From Centroscyllium fabricii (Eukaryota): 64,000 nucleotides of DNA. The stretch lies in contig JBNRSN020000024.1 in assembly GCA_051313645.2 (NCBI GenBank), positions 66,154,001-66,218,000 on the forward strand, written 5' to 3'. The position numbers and the translations under genes were made by a program. Numbering within the stretch: position 1 is the stretch's first letter; each line of letters begins with the position of its first letter. The notes under the pieces were generated by a model. The model had not been told where the DNA came from. It did no database searches and saw only the letters and a program-made list of their open reading frames with translations. Positions 13,062 to 26,550 of the stretch are shown one piece after another.

Positions 13062-14499
13062 ATTACAAATATATTGTTTATGGTTAAATTCTACTGCATA
13101 TTTAACAGTTTAATTTAAGCAATACTTGCCTTTAAAAAAATGTTATGGGAACCAAAACAAACTAATTTTAATTCTTTGGAGATAATTGAGATAGCCAAAT
13201 GTACAATATTTTCATTCTTATTTTCTGACCACTGTAGCAATCCAGATTTTTCATTTTTCAATATTTATTAATATTCATATCAGCAAATGGTAAATTACAA
13301 CATTTAACACCATAACAATTTGAAGATTCAATGGAAGTGCGCTGTTTATTTTCTTGCTGGAAGGTCATTTAGGGCGTGATTGTACTGCAAGTAGACAGAC
13401 ATCGTAATATGTCTCATTATATTTTTCCTGTTTATCCTTAGTAAATGCTTGTTATTGCTCTAGCTTTCTTTTACACGCATAGAATGGGTGTAGCACTCGA
13501 ACATACTCATCCCTAATTCTCTAGCCCAGGAACGAACAAACAAAAAAAGGAATCATCTTCTAAACAGAGAAATATATCAGTAAGAACATTTAAATCGTAA
13601 ATTGACTGAATATATCTGAAGATGTTATGTGAAGATATGAATACAGTATATTGCAAAGTCACTTTGGGCAAGAAAAATTAAGCTTAAACAATTCTTGGAA
13701 ATTACTCAGACTCACTGATAAACTTTGGAGGCATTTGTTTGAAATCTCCCACAGAATAAAGGTACATTAATTAGGATGTCAGAGTGGATCCAGATAAAGT
13801 TAATGGTTTCATTTAAGATCACAAATAGGGCTGTTTCCCAAATATAATTGTTAGCAATAGAATTTATATGTACAACCCATTTTGACTGTTCCCACTATCC
13901 ACTGTTAAAGCTGATCGAGAGGCAAATTATCAAATGGATGCAGAACGGGTTTGTTCAGACACAATAATTATGTTCATGTGAAATGATTGTGTAATTTGAA
14001 ACAACACAACCTCTGAGGAAATTGTTAATTAATGTGCAGTTAAGGTACAAGAGCAGTTGAAATTACGGATGGTGTTGAATTTGGCTTTCTACATAACCAG
14101 GAGCAAAAATATTTGTCCACACTTAGATATACAGCGAATACATTTTAAGGAGTTACGTGATTTGTACTTAATTCCCGAGGGATAGTTTTCATGCTAAACT
14201 ATTATATTAGCCATCATCTATTTATGAAATTTCTTTCAATTCTGTTTATTCCCTGGAGATTTCAGAATTTTACCCTAATCAAAAAAAAAGGAAAGGTTAA
14301 GCAGTTACATAAACTACTAGTAAGAAAGATGTGGCTCTGAAAACATGTTGTTCTGAAAATGAAGAGGCATTACTTGAGGAATTAAACTGCATTAAGGCAA
14401 AATATCAAAGAGAATAATATCCAATATACTCAAATAACAATGGGAGGTTCTAAAAACCAATAGAAATCCCAAAGTGATTTAGACTAAAATAATGTGATA

Positions 14500-15219
14500 C
14501 AGGTTGTGCACCGTTAATCCGTTACCCGATAAGCCGGCAGCTTCAGTCTTCCGGAACAAATTGCCCCGACTGTCTTGCGCGTGTGCAAAATGGTCGGTGA
14601 TCGATGCTTTGGCGAATGATCTGCGCATGCGCCGCCGAACGGCGAGCACATGCGCAGATCATTCAAAATGGCCGCCGGAAGAGAAATGGTGCCTGTGCTC
14701 CCAGAATGCTGCGGGTGGGCAGGTGAGGAAGATAGCGCAGAGCGGCTTCCTTGTAAAAGCTGGGCTGAAGCCGGTGGGAGAATATTGCGAGTGTGAAATG
14801 TTTCCCGCGCCGACATTGTGGATGAAAAGGCCTGCTCCCTCTATGTGCGCGAGGAGTGAGAAGCTCCGCGGCTGCAGCTATCACATCCATAAAAATTCCC
14901 CCACAAGCTTTAAAATCTATCTCCCCTCCCGGCTTCTCTAGTTTTGAAAAAAGGTCATCGACCCGAAACGTCAACACTGCTCCTCTCCCCACCGATGCTG
15001 CCTGGCCTGCTGAGTTTCTCCAGCGTTTTTCTATTGTTATTTAACATTTCTTTAGGACTCTTCAAAACTTCGCGGTGGCCATTTCCAATGTTATGCGCAT
15101 GCGCGCTACCATTTTGAATGGTGCGCGCATGCGCACTGGCTGGCTTCATTCTCCCGTTTTCTTCGGTATACCGGCACAGGCCTAGTCCCGCCCGTGCCGA
15201 ATTAATGGTGCACAACCTG
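14500..15219. mobile_element. Tigger/pogo-type MITE containing a PLE family-2 terminal fragment (~14899-15043)
   Basis: TIR CAGGTTGTGCACC.TTAAT; TA TSD; internal piece matches 54000-54138. Confidence 0.88.
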
Positions 15220-15373
15220 TACTTGAGTTGTGATGTATAAATTTGATATGTTACCAGTGGATCTCCCACGACATTGTTCATGGGTAGTCCTGGGTTTGAA
15301 GCACGGTTGTAATGTTTAGCAGATAACCTGCTCTGTTCATTTAAGGCCTGCTCGAATTAGACAAATCCAGGTA

Positions 15374-16619
15374 TATAGAACATAGAACATACAGCACTGT
15401 ACAGGCTCTTGGGCCCTCAATGTAGTGCCGCCCTTATTCCGTCTCTGATTTTTCCTGTCCCCCCTACTGTTCCTTCCCTTCCATGTACCTGTCTATCATC
15501 CTTTTAAAAGCACCCAGACTGTCCGCATCCACTATTTCAGATGGTAGCCTATTCCATTCCCCGACCACTCTGTGTGAAGAACTTGCCCCTGCCATCCCGT
15601 CTGAATCTTCCTCCTTGAATCTTGTGCTCGTGTCCTCTTGTTGTCGTTCTTCCCGCCCGGGGAAACAGTCTTTGCACATTTACTCTGTCGATCCCCTTCA
15701 TCATTTTATACATCTCTATCAGGTCCCCCCTCTTCCTTCTTCGTTCCAGGGAGAAGAGTCCCAGTTCCCTTAACCGTTCCTCGTATGACTTTCCCCCCAT
15801 TCCCGGCAGCATCCTGGTGAATCTCCTCTGCACTCTTTCCAGTGCCTCCACATCCCTCCTGTAGTACGGTGCCCAGAACTGCACACAGTACTCCACGTGT
15901 GGTCTCACCAGTGACCTGTACAACTGCAGCATGACCTCCCGGTTCTTAAACTCTATTCCCCTGTTGATGAAGGCCAATACACCATAGGCCTTTTTTACTG
16001 CTTTGTCCACCTGGGTGGCAGCCTTCAGTGATCTGTGTACATATACTCCCAGATCCCTTTGCTCCTCTGCTTCACTCAGGATCCTGCCGTTGACCCTATA
16101 TTCCCTCTTCCTATTTGCCCTGCCGAAGTGCATCACCTCGCATTTCCCCGTGTTGAACTCCATTTGCCATTCTTCAGCCCAGCTCTGCATCCTGTCTATA
16201 TCCCTCTGAATCGTTCTACTCCCTTCCTCCTCATCCACTACTCCCCCAATCTTTGTGTCATCTGCAAATTTGCTGACCCACCCCTCAGCCCCCTCCTCCA
16301 AGTCATTGATGAAGATTACAAACAGTAGTGGCCCCAACACCGACCCCTGTGGTACCCCGCTGGTGACCGGTCTCCAGCTCGAGTATTGGCCTTCTACCAC
16401 TACCCTCTGCTTCCTCTGAGCCAGCCAGTTCTCAATCCATCCCACCACTTTGCTGCTTACCCCGCAACTCCTTACTTTCTTCATGAGCCGACCGTGCGGG
16501 ACCTTGTCGAACGCCTTGCTGAAGTCCATATATATGACATCAACCGCCTTTCCCTCGTCCACACTCTTGGTCACCTCTTCAAAGAATTCTATCAGGTTGG
16601 TCAGACACGATTTACCCTT
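15374..16619 (-). mobile_element. Young 5'-truncated CR1 LINE
   Basis: 341-aa uninterrupted RT ORF 15549-16574 ([23 protein letters not shown]); short tandem tail. Confidence 0.95.
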
Positions 16620-17493
16620 AGCTACTTATAAACTGCTGAGGTCAATTGAAGGGCAGGTGTAGCTGTGTGTAAATTCAGGCTTCAGGGTGAAGGTTGGCTT
16701 TCTTTCTGCTTATAAAAAAAATTGTTGTTTTGATCTGTAATGGTGTGCAATTCCTGGAGTGTGAATGCTGTGTGCGAGATGCCAGATTTTTCTGCACAAG
16801 ATAGACACAACTAGATATACAGACTTACAAGAGACACAATGAAGGCTGCATGACCTGGTTTTGAGAAGGATTTGAATTTGAAATACTACAGCTCATGTCA
16901 GTGCAGTAGTATTGATCATGGCACAGCATTGTTACAATCACAGCAAAGTACACAAACAGATCATCAATGGCTTATAATGCAAAGTTACTGCAGCTACACA
17001 ATATGGAAAATTGCCTGCACATAAAGTTCAAAAACAATGGTGCTATTACTGGACTTAATCAACTAATCTTGCAGGCAACCAAAAAAATATATGGGCATGT
17101 TAAGACTTTTATATAACTGGTGTTAAAAGCCAAATAAAATATTTACTTTGGAGCTCAGTACGGATTACCACGAGGCAGTTCAGACTCCAGCATCTATTAA
17201 ATTAGTGTCATTAGTTTTAATCAATTGAATTTTAAGAAATCATCTTAAATGACACGTACCAAGGTTTTCAAAGACAGTAATCTTATTACTACAAATACAG
17301 CTATCTCAACATTTAGCATCTTCAAAAATGTACAAATACTATTGAAAGATTATGCAGTGCATTTTAGGATAATCTGTTTAAACACTCAGGATTAGAGACA
17401 AACCTTCATCCACTGACAAGTATTTCTGGCAGTTGTTTATAATTCAGAAACATCTGTTTCTATACAAATCTCAAGACTTCAAATGTGTACTCA

Positions 17494-17616
<123 letters not shown>

Positions 17617-17734
17617 TCAGAACTGATAACAATGAAATGGTAATTTTCAGTGTGTTATTTAAGGTTTAATTCAGAGTATAATTGCAGTCATTTTAAATGC
17701 ATTGAAAGTAAGAGTTATCAAGCATAACTTATTA

Positions 17735-17911
<177 letters not shown>

Positions 17912-18600
17912 TCAGTAAAATAGTAGTTTTAGTTTGATAAATTTGCATTGTAACTATGACTTATTTTATTGATGGCTGCTGTTACTGTACATATCTCCAA
18001 AAGTTACAATGGAGACACGAGATTGCCATTTATGTCTGATGTGTCAGAAAGTACTGAAACCATTTTCAAACAGACAGCAGCATATTTGATATACCAGCAC
18101 TTAAAACAGTATTTATCGAGATAGTTCTGTTTAAACCAACTGAAATAAACAAAGTAAAACTTCAAAATAACCAGGTTCTCCCTTCATCAAGAGACTTAGT
18201 TTGAGATATTAAAACACAAACTTTGCTAAATTTAAATTATAACGGTTTGCTTAATTTCTGTGCCATTCACATTCAATTATATCAATTAATCATGAAGAAT
18301 CCGATACTTGGCAAACATACTCCAGTTCAATAAACGGTTAAGTCCCACTTTATCAATTTCTTGTGGCCTTGGTCAGCAGAACTAACGCAAGAGTGCCAGG
18401 TTCTAAGAAAATAAAATCCTGCTGCAAACAACTTTGTTTGTGTGATTTTTGTACTATTTACACCGGCAATTTCACTTAAAAACCATCTCAGTGTTTCTGG
18501 TCCAACCTTCTCCTCAATGCAGATTTGTTTGTACAATTCCACAGGCTACAGCAGCCCTCTGGCACGTCAATCAAGTGCCCATCCTTCATATGCAGGCCTA

Positions 18601-18672
18601 GAAAATTATTTCATTTTGGGGAAGGAAAATTATTTCATTTTGGGGAAGGAAAATTATTTCCTTTTGGGGAAG
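18601..18672. repeat. 24-bp tandem repeat x3
   Basis: GAAAATTATTTCATTTTGGGGAAG x3 with one mismatch. Confidence 0.95.
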
Positions 18673-19581
18673 GGCAATGTTGTATCAAAGGCAAGCATGA
18701 TCAAGTACCTAAACAAATTTGCATTGTTACCTATCCAAACTCCATGTGGATTTTCCAATAGGAGTTGATAGATAATGAGCAGGAGTGGAAAGTTTAGATG
18801 ATCAGCCCCCTCACCTAGCCCAGAGTACTGAAACCAATGTAACATCCCTACCGTTGGTTCAGTTGGAGCCATTTAAGTCAGGACTGACCAAGAATCTAAC
18901 GCCAGTTAGTTTATTTAATAATTGAAACATAGTGCAAGCTGTGCAATGTTTATGAGTGAAAACAAAAACTATGGAAAACTTTGGCTTTGAAGGTTTAAAT
19001 ATTCTTAAAAAGCGTTTAGCCTTTTAAAACAAAACTACATATTGCACCCAATTTATGCTCAAGACTCAAAATGGGAATCCACATCTGTGCGTTCAGAGGT
19101 ACTGCTATCAGTTAGTGAAACCATCTTGTTTATATCTTATGCACTTTCACTAACAAAGAACATGATGACTGGTGAGATGAAAAAATGAGTGGCAACTGCC
19201 TCCTATCCTGTCTTTAAACAGTTTTAAATCAATTTACCTTAAATCAACTCCTATTCTCATTACATGGAAGAAATTGAAAAGGCTGGATTCTTTATGAAAC
19301 TGTGCGTTCTATATTAAGAGAAGCCCAATGGCAGCATATATCAGGTTGTTAAACAGATAGAAGAAATGTTTTTTTGCTGTTGCAAATGTAATTGTGTGGC
19401 GCTCCATTCAGAATAATGGCACACACGAAAAGCTTCATTTTTGTTTTAATTCCAATGTTTCTAAATGCAAGCGACAGCCAAATTACTTCCTTTGATGATT
19501 TGGCTCCTGTTTTTGACTATAAATAAGACATTAAAGACAAATGATAATGCATGCCTTTTGGTTCAAAAAAAAGGTTTCTTA

Positions 19582-19734
<153 letters not shown>

Positions 19735-19893
19735 TCATCAAATTCAGTACTCAACTCCAAATACTGTTCATAACCATCATTACATACAAGCTTTATCGAA
19801 TACAATTTTAACATTAACATTTGTGGCTTTAACAAATTTATTAAAATGATACATGGCCAAAGAATATATTAGGCAAAAATATAAACCAGGGTC

Positions 19894-20305
19894 GATTGGG
19901 CTTGTACTCACTGGAGTTTAGAAGAATGAGAGTGGATCTCATTGAAACTTATAAAATTCTAACAGGACTAAACAGACCAGATGCACGAAGGATGTTCCCG
20001 ATGGCGGGGGAGTCCAGAACCAGGGGTCACAGTCTAAGGATAAGGGGTAAGCCATTCAGGACAGAGATGAGGAGGAATTTCTTCACCCAGAGAGTGGTGA
20101 ACCTGTGGAATTCTCTACCACAGAAGGCAGTTGAGGCCAATTCATTAAATGCATTCAAGGAGTTAGATATATTTCTTAAGGCTAAAGGGATCAAGGGATA
20201 TGGGGAGAAAGCAGGAACAGGGTACTGAGTTTGGATGATCAGTCATTGAATGGCAGAGCAGGCTCGAGGGGCCAACTCCTGCTCCTATCTTCCATGTTTC
20301 TATAT
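19894..20305 (+). mobile_element. CR1 3' fragment
   Basis: GLYSLEFRRMR.DLIETYKI...WNSLP followed by tail. Confidence 0.88.
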
Positions 20306-20384
20306 TCTATAAAGCGCTTTTGCGGTGCTGTATACAAGAATTGCTGCCAAGACACCATCTCTGAACACCTATTTAAAAAATAAG

Positions 20385-20660
20385 AAGTTTCCCTGATGGT
20401 TCAGTGATATAGTCCAGGCTGAGTTAGGTAGGATCTGGGAGCACTAAAATTGGCTTCAGCATCTTAGGTTAAGGACGGGAGAAATCAGCCGCAGACCCGG
20501 CTCCCGATCACAATCCAGCAACTGCTGTTGGAAATACATTTGAGTGGACGTTGTGCGAAGGCAGGATCAAATTCGGCTGTGATCGCCACCTCCTCGGGTC
20601 AAACAAACTGCCAACACTGTCAAGTGTCAGACATGAATAATAGCAACTTGGGCAATTGTG
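20385..20660 (+). repeat. Old SINE-like interspersed repeat (related copies ~28460-28850 + and ~62100-62480 -)
   Basis: Shared motifs such as GGCTGTGATGC/CGCC and AAATTGGC...AG among the three loci; highly diverged. Confidence 0.4.
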
Positions 20661-20916
20661 CCAACTGCAAGAAGTCAACAACTGCAAGAGGGGTGGGAAG
20701 AAAACGAATAACTTTTTTTGGACAAAATATAATAAAATGATCTGAGGCGGAGGATGGCAAGTCACCGGTCAAGTTTGCTGAAAAACTAAAAGTACTTGGG
20801 TTAAGACACCAAATTAATATTTTCAGATTCATGGCCAGATAAATTCATAGCTGTACACAAGCCAATTTTAAAAACGGATGGCCATAAAGTATATGAGAAA
20901 ACTCCCCAATCAACTA

Positions 20917-21356
20917 CAGGTTGAGCACCGGTCATCCGGCACCCTCGGGACCAGGCCGGTGCCGGACCATTGAAAATTCCGAACCACTGAAGGTTCAGAG
21001 AGCGCGCGGGTAGAACAGTCCATGTGGCCGCAACGCACGGGTGGAACAGTCCATGTGGCCGCAACGCGCGGGTAGAAGAGTCCATGTGGCCGCAGCGCGT
21101 GGGTAGAACAGTCCAAGGACCACTGAAGATGCTGGACGGAGCTCGCGGGTAGAGCACTCCACGGGGCCGGAGCGCGCGGGTGGAACACTCCCCGGGAGGC
21201 AGCCCAGGGATAGAACACCTAAAATACCAGCAAACCAAACCAAACGCTGGCGCCGCTGAGCAGCTGCTCGGCAAATTGAAGACCGCCGCTTTGATTTCGT
21301 GCCGGACAACTGAAGGTGCCGGACCATCGGGTGCCGGATTACCGGTGCCCAACCTG
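20917..21356. mobile_element. Tigger/pogo-type MITE with internal ~33-bp tandem repeats
   Basis: TIR CAGGTTG.GCACCGGT.ATCCGGCACC; TA TSD; same subfamily as 61691-62037. Confidence 0.9.
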
Positions 21357-21454
21357 TACTATTACAAAGGTTCAATAGTGCTTAATGTTTACTTGTATTT
21401 ATTTAGAAAACATACAAGGGATACTCTGACACTTTGTCAGTAATCCATTGCCAT

Positions 21455-22660
21455 GTAGCAGAATAGATGAGGGGGAACCAGTGGATGTGGTGTATTTGGA
21501 TTTTCAGAAGTCTTTTGATAAGGTGCCACACAAGAGGTTATTAAACAAAATTTGGGCTCATGCGATTGGGGGTAATATATGAGCATGGAATGAGGTTTGG
21601 TTAATGGACAGAAAACAGAGAGTAGGAATAAATGGGTCATTTTCGGGTTAGCAGGCTGTAACTAGTGGAGTACCTCAAGGTCAGTGCTTGGGCCTCAGCT
21701 ATTCACAATCTACATCAATGATTTGGATGAGGGGACAAAATGCAATATATCCAAATGGATGGGAATGTAAGTTGTGAGGAGGATGCAAGGAGCCTTCAAG
21801 GGGATATAGACAGGCTAAATGAATGGGCAAGAACATGGCATGTAATATGGAGAAATGTGAAGTTATCCACTTTGGTAGGAAAAATAGAAAAGCAGAGTAT
21901 TTTTTAAATGGTGAGAGATTGGGAAATGTTAGTGTTCAGAGGGACCTGGGTGTCCTTGTACACAAATCGCTGGAAGTAAACATGCAGGTAACAGCAAGCA
22001 ATTAGGAAAGTAAATGGTATGTTGGCCTTTATTATAAGAGGATTTGAGTATAAGCGTAACAACGTCTTACTGCAATTATATAGGGCCCTGGTGAGACCAC
22101 ACCTGGAGTATTGTGTACAGCTTTGGTCTCCTTACCCAAGGAAGGATATACTTGTCATAGAGGGAGTGCAATAAAGGTTCACCAGACTGGTTTCTGGGAT
22201 GGGGGGCATTGTCTTATGAGGTGAGATTGAGTAGACTAGGCCTATATTCTCTAGAGTTTAGAAGAATGAGAGGTGATTTCATTGAAACGCACAAAATTCT
22301 TACAGGACTTGACAGGGTAGATGCAGGGAGGATGTTTCCCTGGCTGGGGAGTCTAGAACCAGGGGTCACAGTCTCAGAATAAGGGGTCAGCCAACTAGGA
22401 CTGAGATGAGGAGGAATTTCTTCATTCAGAGGGTGGTGAATCTTTGGAATTCTCTACCCCACAGGGCTGTGGCGGCTCCATCATTGAGTATATTCAAGAC
22501 AGAGTTTGATCATTTTTTGAATATTAAGGGAATCAAGGGATATGGGGATAGCGCAGGAATGTGGAGATGAGGTAGATGATCAGCCATGATCTTATTGAAT
22601 GGCAGAGCAGCTTCGAAGGGCCAAATGGCCGACTCCTGCTCCTATTTCTTATGTTCTTAG
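21455..22660 (+). mobile_element. Degraded CR1 RT and 3' end
   Basis: VYLDFQK, RPHLEYC and CR1 tail, with frameshifts. Confidence 0.88.
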
Positions 22661-22692
22661 GTGAGAGATCTACCACTGAGAACATAACATAC

Positions 22693-23545
22693 GAGTCAGA
22701 AGGCTGTGGGTTCAAGTCCAACTCCAGGACCTGAGCACATAATCCAAGATAACACTTCAGTGTAGTACTGAGAGAGTGCTGCACTGCCAGAGGTGCAGTC
22801 TTTTGGAAGAGGCGTTAAACCGAGGCCCCGTGTGCCCTCTCCAGTGGACGTAAAAAAATCCCATGCCACTAATTTGAAGAACAGGGAAGTTCTCCCCGGT
22901 GTCCTGCCTCAACCAACGCCTAACAGATTATCAGGTTATAGAAACATAGAAAATAGGTGCAGGAGTAGACCATTCGGTCCTTCGAGCCTGCACCACCATT
23001 TAATGCGTTCATGGCTGAACATAAGAACACAAGAAATAGGAGCAGGAGTAGGTCAATCGGCCCCCCGAGCCCGCTCCGCCACCCAATAAGATCATGGCTG
23101 ATCCTACCCTAACCTTCATACCACTATCACCCTTCATCCCACCCAAAGAACCATGTGCTCTCCTGGGAGAGGCGAAAAACCAGATAAAAACCCAGGTCCA
23201 ATTTGGGAAAGAAATCCGGGAAATTCCTCTCCGACCCCAATCTAGGCGATCGAAACTTGTCCAGGAGATCACTCAGGTCTTACTATACTAACAATAGCTC
23301 AGGTCCACTTCCCTGCCCGCTCCCCGTAACCCCTCATATTTGTGGGAGCCTGGTGAGTACAAATTGGCTGTTGCGTTTCTAGAATTACAACAGTGACTAC
23401 AGTTCAATACAATACAATTCAATTTATTGTCATTGTAAAGCGAACACAATACAACGAAATACAATGAAGTACTTCATTGGCTGTAAAGCGTTTAGGACAT
23501 CCTGAGGTCGTGAAAGGCGCTATATAAATGCAAGTCTTTCTTTTA
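22693..23545 (+). mobile_element. DeuSINE (SacSINE1-like) split by minus-strand CR1 3' ends (22938-23335)
   Basis: Deu-domain GTGCTGCACTG...GTTAAACCGAGGCCC; L2-like tail GAAAGGCGCTATATAAATGCAAG. Confidence 0.7.
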
Positions 23546-24080
23546 TTAAGTGCAATGGAAAAGCAGAATGGGTGCTTCCTAGCATTTGTGTCAGTGTATT
23601 TAGCTTGTTTTCAAATCAGTTATTGTTGGTATATGATTACACATAAAAAAAATGTTAGTGATTACATATAAACAAGTGCTATGAAACAGAAGTATTTCAA
23701 GGGGGTCTCCTCAGTCGACACCACAACACGGCCAACATCTTGCTTACCAAATGCATTACTTTCAGTTGTCCAAGTTTATAAACAAAATAAATCCAGTCCA
23801 GTCACAAGAGTTTTGTAGAACAGAGCACAAATTTACACCATTGCATTCTGAATTTGAAACCATGTGCAAATCTGAAGAATCAGTCTGTATGAAATGAAAA
23901 ATTGCATGCAAAATTCTGGGTAATTTAATACTCTTAGTAACGGAGTCCAAGCCCAAAAAAAGGTAAACATTTTGAATGCATTAAGTTCACATCATCCTAT
24001 TCATGTCAAATGGAATCTCTCACTAGAAACTATCTCCTGTGCAAATGTCAAAAAGGAGCAATTTCTACATGCTGTATGTA

Positions 24081-25515
24081 CAGGTACACAATCGTTTATC
24101 CGAACACCTCGGGACCAGGCGGTCTTCGGATAATTTCGGTTTTCGGGTTGGTGCCCAGTGCGCATGCGCATATTGCCATGTTGAATTACGCACTGAAACT
24201 GTTCAATGAATGGGAGATCGAGAACGTCTCAAAGACAAGGTGAGCGGTAGGGTGAAGCTTCTGGAAGCAGATTAAAGTTCAGTCAGTCAGCTGGTGGCGG
24301 GCGGGCGAGGGGAAGCGGAGCGGGCAATCGCTGGGAATGGCGGCAACTCCCCCTACCAACCGTCACCGGACCAGCTCCAGCAGCGTCCGCTCCCCTAGCA
24401 ACCGTCGGGCCAGCTCCAGTAGTGTCCGCTCCCCTAGCAACCGTCGGGCCAGCTCCAGCAGTGCCCGCTCCCCTAGCAACCGTCACCGGACTAGCTCCAG
24501 CAGCGTCCGCTCCCCTAGCAACCGTCGGGCCAGCTCCAGCAGTGTCCGCTCCCCTAGCAACCGTCGGGCCAGCTCCAGCAGTGTCCGCTCCCCTAGCAAC
24601 CGTCACCAGACCAGCTCCAGCAGCGTCCGCTCCCCTAGCAACCGTCGTCGGGCCAGCTCCAGCAGCGTCCACTCCCCTATCAACCGTCACCGGGCCAGCT
24701 CCAGCAGCATCCGCTCCCCTAGCAACCGTCGCCGGGCCAGCTCCAGCAGTGTCCGCTCCCCTAGCAACCGTCGCCGGGCCAGCTCCAGCAGCGTCCGCTC
24801 CCCTAGCAACCGTCACCGGGCCAGCTCCAGCAGCGTCCGCTCCCCTAGCAACCGTCACCGGGCCAGCTCCAGCAGCGTCCGCTCCCCTAGCAACCGTCAC
24901 CGGGCCAGCTCCAGCAGCGTCCGCTCCCCTAGCAACCGTCACCGGGCCAGCTCCAGCAGTGTCCGCTTCCCTAGCAACCGTCACCGGGCCAGCTCCAGCA
25001 GTGTCCACTCCCCTAGCAACCGTCACCGGACCAGTTCCAGCAGCGTCCGCTCCCCTAGCAACGGTCACCGAGCCAGCTCCAGCAGCATCCGCTCCCCTAG
25101 CAACCGTAACCGGGCCAGCTCCAGCAGTGTCCGCTCCCCTAGCAACCGTCACCGAGCCAGCTCCAGCAGCGTCCGCTCCCCTAGCAACCGTAACCGGGCC
25201 AGCACCAGCAGTCATCTTGGCGGCCAGGATGTCGATGGCCAGCAGCATCGCCGCGAAAATGAACCTCGGCTCCTTGAGGAGGAGGAAGCGGATGAAAACT
25301 TTCAGCGTTCGGATTCGAACCATCCTGGCTAGCAGGGACAGGTGACAATACCCAATTTCCAGCTACTTCAGATCCAGAAAACAGCACAATATCCACAGCT
25401 GAGAAACAAAATTAAGTTATTTTGGCGCAAATCAGGTCATGTGACGCTCTGAAAAAACTTTTGGTTTTTGGAGCTTTCCGGTTTTCGGTGTTGCGAATAA
25501 GGGATTGTGTACCTG
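24081..25515. mobile_element. Tigger/pogo-type MITE (CAGGTACACAATC) expanded by an internal minisatellite
   Basis: TIRs and TA TSD; ends match 7194-7609. Confidence 0.9.
24347..25210. repeat. 42/39-bp GC-rich minisatellite, ~21 units
   Basis: Unit TCCCCTAGCAACCGTC(ACC)GGGCCAGCTCCAGCAGCGTCCGC. Confidence 0.97.
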
Positions 25516-26159
25516 TACTTCTATGGTAACCTACAACCCATAATGGTAAATACCTACTAGAGAATCAAGGGTAAATAAACTGGGATTTACCACTGATAAC
25601 TTTCACCCAGTATATACAGTTTTGTTTTGCACTCTACAACTTCCACATCTTCTTCTTTCCTGCATCTACAAAGTGATTTTCTGTTACTTACTAATGATCC
25701 ATATTATAAAGTGGAATTGGTGAAACAGAAGAACATTAATCAAGTCACAGCACTCTCAGAATAAATTCAATCTCACTAACTGTTATTTTAGTGCAAAATT
25801 GCCATTGTAATCCTTGAGCGGTTAAAGTTCACTAAGGAAAAAGTATGAAGGTAATTGTGAGCCACCAAAAAATGTACATCAGTACGCAGAAAGAGTTTGC
25901 TCCTTCGGTGTAATCCGCAAAATTCGATTTACAAGCTCCAATCTTTTTTTCTTGCTAAATCTGTAAATCGACCATAACATTGGTATAGATCTCAGATCAG
26001 TATCGGTGTAGTAGGGCATGCAGCTGGCAGACTTTAGTTATGCTGCTGCTGAAGCACACGATGAGGTTTCACTGATGCAGAAATGGTATTGAAATGTCAG
26101 CCCAAATGCTGTTTATTAAAATATTTTCATCGATGCAATGTTGCACTGAATAGGCTTAC

Positions 26160-26256
26160 CTGTGAATCATGTTGTGGGAATGCAAATATGCTAATCCCTG
26201 CAGAGCACCATGGGTAATGGCTGCTATCTCAATTTCCTGAAGTGGCTTCTTATGAA
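26160..26256 (-). CDS. TAOK1: TAO kinase coding exon 5 ([33 protein letters not shown])
   Basis: 97 bp; AG/GTAAG boundaries. Confidence 0.97.
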
Positions 26257-26550
26257 CTGAAACGAAAAAAAATCTAATAAATGTGCTATTAGAAGAATAT
26301 TTAAAGTTGTAAACTATAACTGGTACTTCATTATTAAAAGAAATGATGAAAAACAATTCACAAAAATATTTTTTTCCAAAATGAAATCTTGAGCAAGATT
26401 ATTTTAATTTTAAAATAAATCTCCTCTGTACATGTCCAAGGACAATCCTCTGCCAAGAATCTAAAACTTCAAATAAACGCTCATTTTTCTTTACCTGTGC
26501 CTGAAAGGAAATATAAACTGACTTTATTGTAGTCAGGCATGTCTGAGAGA

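Noticed and set aside
24337-25345. 300+ aa Ser/Arg-rich and Ala/Pro/Thr-rich ORFs; CRISPR-like periodicity
   Set aside because: Products of a 42/39-bp minisatellite that is stop-free in several frames. Units are contiguous with no unique spacers, and the DNA is eukaryotic.
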